From NCBI GenBank assembly GCA_031274765.1, contig JAISPR010000035.1, forward strand, positions 12,351 to 76,350: a stretch of 64,000 bases of DNA, read 5' to 3'. Source of the stretch: Nitrososphaerota archaeon (GTDB lineage: Archaea > Thermoproteota > Bathyarchaeia > Bathyarchaeales > Bathycorpusculaceae). Below the pieces are notes generated by a model that saw only the letters and a program-made list of their open reading frames with translations, did no database searches and was not told the DNA's origin. Below are positions 58,602 to 64,000 of the stretch, piece by piece; within the stretch, counting starts at the first letter, position 1; each line of letters opens with the position of its first letter. The position numbers and the translations under genes are program-made.

Positions 58602-59672
58602 CTATGCCTGTTGTTCAACTAAATGGTTTAGTTGCATCAGAGCCTTACCAGAACTTAATGCTTCACGTGCCCGTTCCATACCATCTTTATATGAAGTGCT
58701 TGTGCCAGATACATACAGAGCTGCCGCTGCATTCATGCAAAACAAGTCCGCTAGGGGAGATGCATATTTTCCAGAAAGCACCTGTTTGATTGCCACTGCA
58801 TTATCGTATGCTTTGTTAAATGAAGCCACATCAAAAGCATCATGGGTTTTTATACCAAAATCTTCTGGTTGCACAGTATATGTTTGAATTTTATTATTTT
58901 TTAGTTCAACAACTCTTGTTGGGCCACACGGTGAAAACTCATCAATTCCCATGGTGACATCGACGCCATTGACCATGCCATATGGAGCTACAGCACGATT
59001 AAGCCCAATTTCCTTTAAAATGGCGACAAGTTGATCACATACTTGAGGGGCATAAGCGCCAATTACCATACAAGTTGTATTTTCACAAGGCATTGTCAAG
59101 GGACCCACGATATTAAACGCTGAGGTAAACCGCATATATTGAATTAGTCGGGCCCAGCCAGATTTTAAGAAGGCTTCACCGGGCATATAACAGATATTGT
59201 ATTTTTCTAAGCTCTGTTTGGTCTTACTCATAGGGCTTGATAGATTTACACCAAGTATCTCAAAAATTTCAGAAGCCCCTGAAACGCCCGTTACTTTTTT
59301 TGCGCCCTTTTTAGCAATCGGAACATCACAGGCTGAAGCGATGAGTGCAGCGGGTGAAGAGGCATTTACTGTTTTCATAGCATCTGAACCCGTGCCAACT
59401 ATATCACAGGCATTATTTTTGATATCAGCACGAAATTTTTCTGTGTCATACTTATCTAATGCATCCCAAACACCCGATAATTCCTCAGTGGTTGGTTTAC
59501 GGGCAATATGTGCCGCCAAAAAAGCGCCTTGTTGAAGCTCCGGTTGTTCGTTTAGGATAATTTTTCGATAAGCTTCACAAGATTCTTCTCGGGTCATTGT
59601 TTTGCCAGCAATGATTCTACATATTAGTTGGCCAAATGTTCTCAGGTTTTCTTCAGTTGCCAAGGGTATCAC
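58602..59672 (-). CDS. anthranilate phosphoribosyltransferase (TrpD/GT3) family paralog with altered motifs
   Basis: TrpD-like layout but GTGSD (versus GTGGD), KKGAK (versus KHGNR) and SGASE (versus SGSAD). No other trp genes are nearby. Confidence 0.7.
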   Translation of the reverse strand: MIPLATEENLRTFGQLICRIIAGKTMTREESCEAYRKIILNEQPELQQGAFLAAHIARKPTTEELSGVWDALDKYDTEKFRADIKNNACDIVGTGSDAMKTVNASSPAALIASACDVPIAKKGAKKVTGVSGASEIFEILGVNLSSPMSKTKQSLEKYNICYMPGEAFLKSGWARLIQYMRFTSAFNIVGPLTMPCENTTCMVIGAYAPQVCDQLVAILKEIGLNRAVAPYGMVNGVDVTMGIDEFSPCGPTRVVELKNNKIQTYTVQPEDFGIKTHDAFDVASFNKAYDNAVAIKQVLSGKYASPLADLFCMNAAAALYVSGTSTSYKDGMERAREALSSGKALMQLNHLVEQQA

Positions 59673-60645
59673 TCAGATTTTGTAGGTCTACAACATACTT
59701 TAGGGTTTGGCCATGTAGAATTTCGGGCAGCACTAAGGGGACGTCATCGAGGGTTATTATTTTGTGGATTAGCAGACTAATTGTTTGAATGTTATTTTTT
59801 AAAATGTTTAAGGCTATGCGCATTTGTCGTTTTGTGCTTCCATATGCGCCAACTAGAGTTAATTGTCTATAGTGGACTTCGTTTAACAAATTAATGGGGA
59901 TTTCAATGTTTTTTGTGAATCCGCTAAAAAGACAATATTTGCCGCCAGAGTTTAATTTTGAGATACCCTCTATTAGGGTGTCTGGGTCAGGGGCGGCATT
60001 TATAACAACATCAAAAGTGTCAGAACCGGCAGTATCAGAAAAGTTGATTTTTGTTTTTTTACAAAATGGTGTGTCTTGTTTGAGTTTTTCAGAGTTTTTT
60101 TCAACAATTAAGGGTTTTGCGCTGAAATATTTACAAGCTAACCCAAGCATGAGCCCGGCAGGGCCTCCGCCAAAGATTAGAACGGTTTGGTTTTTCTGGA
60201 GGTTTACTTGTTCAATTGCGTTTATTGCAGAGGACAATAATTCGGTCATGCAGGCAATTTCAGGGGGAATATTTTTAGGGACTTTTATGAGGCTTTGTTT
60301 GGGTACTTTTAGGTATTGAGCAAAGCCGCCATCGCGGTGAAAACCGATAACTTGGATGTTGCTGCAGAGGTTTTCTACACCATTCTTGCAGTTATGACAA
60401 GTATTGCATGTACTTGCTGGCCAAACGATAAATTTTTCAGTTGAATCAAGTTTTTGCCCGCAGATTTCGTGGCCTAATATGCGGGGTAAAATTAGATCTC
60501 TTTGACCTTGAAACCACATTTTTGCGTCAGAGCGACATATTGAACAATGAGTCACTTTTAGGAGCGTTTCAGTATTGTTACAGTCGGGGATTTTGATGGT
60601 GGTCAGATGTATTTCTTTTATTTTTTCAAGGATAAGTGCTTTCAT
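59653..60645 (-). CDS. Zn-dependent medium-chain alcohol/threonine dehydrogenase family protein
   Basis: CSICRSD...GHEICG catalytic Zn site and CNTCHNCKNGVENLC structural Zn site. GGGPAG Rossmann motif. Confidence 0.85.
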   Translation of the reverse strand: MKALILEKIKEIHLTTIKIPDCNNTETLLKVTHCSICRSDAKMWFQGQRDLILPRILGHEICGQKLDSTEKFIVWPASTCNTCHNCKNGVENLCSNIQVIGFHRDGGFAQYLKVPKQSLIKVPKNIPPEIACMTELLSSAINAIEQVNLQKNQTVLIFGGGPAGLMLGLACKYFSAKPLIVEKNSEKLKQDTPFCKKTKINFSDTAGSDTFDVVINAAPDPDTLIEGISKLNSGGKYCLFSGFTKNIEIPINLLNEVHYRQLTLVGAYGSTKRQMRIALNILKNNIQTISLLIHKIITLDDVPLVLPEILHGQTLKYVVDLQNLSDTLGN

Positions 60646-60758
60646 TATGTCGGCCTACAGGATTGATGAATTTGTGTTTTGCATTTAAGATTATTCATCA
60701 GTAATACATGGTAATACGGTGTCTTTAATGTAGGGGATATCATAAAAGAAAAGGGTGA

Positions 60759-61670
60759 TTATTGGGTTGCGGTGTGCATCCGTTTAGCTAAAGCGTAGAC
60801 AATTGGAACCAAAACGAGCGCCAGCGCGATTGCAAAGCCCCAAGCAATTGTGCTGATTATACCAGTTACGCCACTAAAGGTTGAAAAGATTGCGCCTGTA
60901 CCGATGAGCAGGAAAATAGTATAGAGAATAAATTTCGCATAACCAGCAATTGGTAGAAACTCGGCGTGTTCATCAGTTATTGATTTAATTAAACCGTCAG
61001 TTAAGATTATGCCCACACCTATTATGACAAAGCCAATAATGAGTGAGTATATCAGACCGCCGGAAGTGAACAGTAACAGATCGAACGCAATGTTTAGAAC
61101 TATGGCAATAAGACCGATGAACAGGAGATTTTTGAGCATGTCCGCGATTTCGACTTTATTTGGTCCAAACATAGGTCGAATAACACGACCTACTAGCTGA
61201 GCCAAGAAATCTACGAGTACAATACCCAGCACTATGACAAGAATGCCGCCTATGAGCCGAGGGAGATATGAAGCGATTTGTGTAATGAAATCACCAGTAG
61301 CGCCAGGGATATTTAGCAAACCAACGGCTATAGTTATGGCTAAAACGACAATAAAAGCAAAGAGGAGACCGCCGACAAAGTTGGATAAGTCAAATCCAGA
61401 GCTTCTCAGTGTGCGACCTATTTCGCTCCGGTCAAAGTTACGCTCTACAGTCCGGTTAATTACCCTGTTAACTATTTTACCCACGAACCAACCTACAACG
61501 ATTCCGATAGCAACTATGATGATTGCGCCAATTATACCGGGCAATGCTGTTGCGATTGTATTGAAAAAGTTGTTGAAAATTTCCTGCAATGTTAACATTA
61601 CCACTACTAAAGAGAGCATCAGAGACACCGGTTCATAAACTACTATCGGGGTCAATAAAAACTTTTCCAA
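60759..61670 (-). CDS. polytopic membrane protein (repeated TM-helix architecture)
   Basis: 303 aa with about 8 hydrophobic helices and a repeated G/I/V-rich pattern. Function unknown. Confidence 0.6.
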   Translation of the reverse strand: MEKFLLTPIVVYEPVSLMLSLVVVMLTLQEIFNNFFNTIATALPGIIGAIIIVAIGIVVGWFVGKIVNRVINRTVERNFDRSEIGRTLRSSGFDLSNFVGGLLFAFIVVLAITIAVGLLNIPGATGDFITQIASYLPRLIGGILVIVLGIVLVDFLAQLVGRVIRPMFGPNKVEIADMLKNLLFIGLIAIVLNIAFDLLLFTSGGLIYSLIIGFVIIGVGIILTDGLIKSITDEHAEFLPIAGYAKFILYTIFLLIGTGAIFSTFSGVTGIISTIAWGFAIALALVLVPIVYALAKRMHTATQ

Positions 61671-61970
61671 GCGCTAACAAGCGGTTCTAACTAAAAACAG
61701 ATGCTTCTAGAGATATTTCAATGACGCAGATGAGTAGCTTTGGGACAGATATATCATAAATTCCCAGAAAAATACACACGCATAAAATTTCGAATTTTTA
61801 TACAAAATAAAATATATGTGCTTTAAAAGAAACAAAACACATAATTGAAAAACACAAAATCGCTGTCCACGGACTCAACAAAAACCCTCCACCCAAATAG
61901 TTTCACACACACTTTTTGGGTGTTTGATTCTTAACTTATGTCGCTACCTACGTGAAGGCTTAGAGTTTAG

Positions 61971-63317
61971 CTATTTGTTGTTTTTATCACTGTTTACTGC
62001 CCAATGTCCACCTTTTGTTGAGCCTACACGTTTAATTAATCCTAACTTTTTTAGCGTTGAAATACGAGTCTGTACATTGCGTGGAGCAATTCCTATTTCT
62101 TTAGCTAACATTTTTGCCGTAATTTTCGGATTATCCCGCATCAACTCAAGAACTCTACCCTGCAAAACCGTTACAACATTATTTTCTTGCGATGGTTCTT
62201 GCGATGGTTCTTGCGATGCTGTATTGGTGTTAAAACCAATCATTACCTCATTTGGTCGTACACGATAGAACGGTTCAGGCATGTTTTGTTCTTTACAGGC
62301 CTCAAGTATCTTTTCAATACCGCGTCCCCAAGCCTCAATCTGTCCAGAGCGGAAAAAAGTGTTTGCAATCAAGGGATTATACGGTTTTGAGGTATGAGAT
62401 GTAAACAAGTCCTCGATGGTCCAGTTTTCTGGTAATTTGCCATCATTGTAAATTAGTACCTTGTCTTTGTAGATGTGTATGTGAATTGGATTGCCTGTGC
62501 TGTAATCTTTGTGAACAATCGCGTTTAACACTGCCTCACGAAACGCTGAACGTGGCACAGGGTATGTTTCTATTCGGTGAATGCCTTTGTAGCTGATGGT
62601 TCCTTTGAAGTATTTGAGGTACACTAAATCAACGACTTTATCGGCCATTGTTATCAGTGGACCGCGGATTTCGTCTTGATAACTCAAATCAGCCGTGGTC
62701 TTGAAATAGCCAATTTTAACTGAGGTGCCCATTACCCATTGTTCGGGGTTTTGGTGAAACAGCATAATTGCAGCTCGCTTAAGGTAATCGGGTTCGGTTA
62801 GATTCAGATTGTCCAAAAGCATTTTATCACTTATGCGGAGATCAGCTTCGATCATTCGGTTGCTGCCGATGGCCATTTTTCGAAATGCTTTGAATGCGTC
62901 GCTTTCGAAATCTTCAAATTTGACATGAGGTACAGGGACGCCGTCCCAAGTTTTACCCAGAGTCTTGAGCATGAATGTGTCGAGTTGGGTGCCGTTAAGT
63001 TCTTGGGTTGTTGTTCCTGAGCGGATATAATATTTGCCATTACAGCTTACTGGAAAAGTGTATTTTTGAACGGTTATAACGAGGTACTGTTTACCGTTTA
63101 GTTGTCGTAATTCAATAGTTGGTATTATGCCCATGGCACTTCGGGTTTTGTTTGGCAGGTCTTCTAAGAGTTTTTTTGGGTTAGAAACTCCGATGACTTC
63201 TCCGTTTTTCTGACGGCCAATCTCTAGTACGCCGCCGTCTGCGTTTGCAAAACCGCAAATTGTGTTTAGATATTCATCATGCCAAGTTTGTTTCCATTCA
63301 AGATTATGTGTTTCCAT
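61971..63317 (-). CDS. AlbA_2 (Schlafen-like divergent AAA) / HATPase_c_4 / wHTH protein
   Basis: N-terminus ETHNLEWKQTW...ICGFANADGGVLEIG; central VLNAIVHKDY; C-terminal wHTH ITAKMLAKEIGIAPRNVQTRISTLKKLGLIKRVG. Confidence 0.8.
   Translation of the reverse strand: METHNLEWKQTWHDEYLNTICGFANADGGVLEIGRQKNGEVIGVSNPKKLLEDLPNKTRSAMGIIPTIELRQLNGKQYLVITVQKYTFPVSCNGKYYIRSGTTTQELNGTQLDTFMLKTLGKTWDGVPVPHVKFEDFESDAFKAFRKMAIGSNRMIEADLRISDKMLLDNLNLTEPDYLKRAAIMLFHQNPEQWVMGTSVKIGYFKTTADLSYQDEIRGPLITMADKVVDLVYLKYFKGTISYKGIHRIETYPVPRSAFREAVLNAIVHKDYSTGNPIHIHIYKDKVLIYNDGKLPENWTIEDLFTSHTSKPYNPLIANTFFRSGQIEAWGRGIEKILEACKEQNMPEPFYRVRPNEVMIGFNTNTASQEPSQEPSQENNVVTVLQGRVLELMRDNPKITAKMLAKEIGIAPRNVQTRISTLKKLGLIKRVGSTKGGHWAVNSDKNNK
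62185..62218. repeat. 12-bp tandem repeat (2.8 copies) inside the AlbA_2 gene
   Basis: TCTTGCGATGGT x2.8, encoding SQEPSQEPSQE in the linker before the wHTH. Confidence 0.8.
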
Positions 63318-64000
63318 CGTTACACCTCCCGTCGTTATTTGAGTAATGTTAAATGCATCAGTTCACCGTTTAATCAATATATTTTTTTCTCAATAGCCTC
63401 CTATACATTTGGTATCTTGTGGGTTAAATTCTGTGTAAAAGTGTAGAATTATTGTTTGTTTTGTTTTCGCCTTAGTCACGGTAGGGAATTATTACGGTGA
63501 TTCTTTGAATTTGTAAGAACGTATTTGTGTTAGACAGGTTTTGGAGGTTTTAAATACTTCTATGATTAGTAGGGTGCTTCCTTTGTGGAACTCTTGTCTG
63601 TTGACTGCTGGCCAGCATTAAGGCATAATTAACATCCATGGGAAAACCCCATTTTTCTTCTCAGTGCAAACTCTACTTGTTGAATCGAGTAGGAGACCAC
63701 TCATTAGTTGAGTGATCGTCCCCCCACACCACCGTACGCACCGTTCGATATACACGGTTCAACGACACAAGCACAACTTCCCATAACAAACCAAAATACC
63801 ATCATAACCCAACTCCACCAACACCCTATTCGACAAAAAAAGACAAAATCAAACTACCAGCAACACACCAATACCCCGCACAAGAATTAACCCACCACCA
63901 CACCAGAACCCAAGAAACACCAAACCCGACAAGAACCACAAAACGCGCCCTACTACACTTCCACTACCCCCACAAATACATCCGCAGCCAACAACCAATC

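Overview
This is a 64-kb archaeal chromosomal segment. The archaeal assignment rests on LysW-carrier lysine/arginine genes, prefoldin beta, the RFAP synthase of methanopterin synthesis, insertion-bearing tRNAs, and TATA-like elements about 25-30 nt upstream of start codons. All homology statements come from motif recognition by eye, not from database searches. I call about 50 protein genes, 2 tRNAs, several pseudogenes or fragmented genes, and four families of short dispersed repeats.

Main blocks:
1. Ni/Co importer cbiMNQO next to larB-larC-larE (nickel-pincer cofactor synthesis). No larA is present in the window.
2. A gene-poor, decayed stretch (about 10.1-19.5 kb) with MITE-like repeats, an HD-hydrolase pseudogene and tRNA-Arg.
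3. The lysW-X-Y-Z-J-K operon with a divergent Lrp-family regulator.
4. GH130/GT4 glycan genes, with a homopolymer frameshift.
5. A housekeeping block: sua5, a PAC4-like protein, pfdB, a DHH phosphoesterase, ecfA-A-T and an endo-IV-like protein.
6. An uncharacterised three-gene module: SNF2 helicase, a multi-Zn-ribbon protein with a YqhG-like N-terminus, and a degenerate Mrr-fold protein. This is my top candidate for an undescribed system.
7. pyrD-pyrK.
8. Convergent pterin genes: bacterial-type folE-folP-folBK facing methanopterin-type genes (DHPS-like, RFAP synthase, DUF447).
9. A P-type ATPase, a TrpD-like paralog, an ADH, a membrane protein and an AlbA_2/Schlafen-like protein.

Cross-cutting oddities:
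- Both tRNAs carry D-loop insertions.
- There are kb-scale AC-rich versus GT-rich strand domains, with nearly G-free intergenic tracts. These domains sometimes ignore gene boundaries (larB, and the 3' half of the DHPS-like gene).
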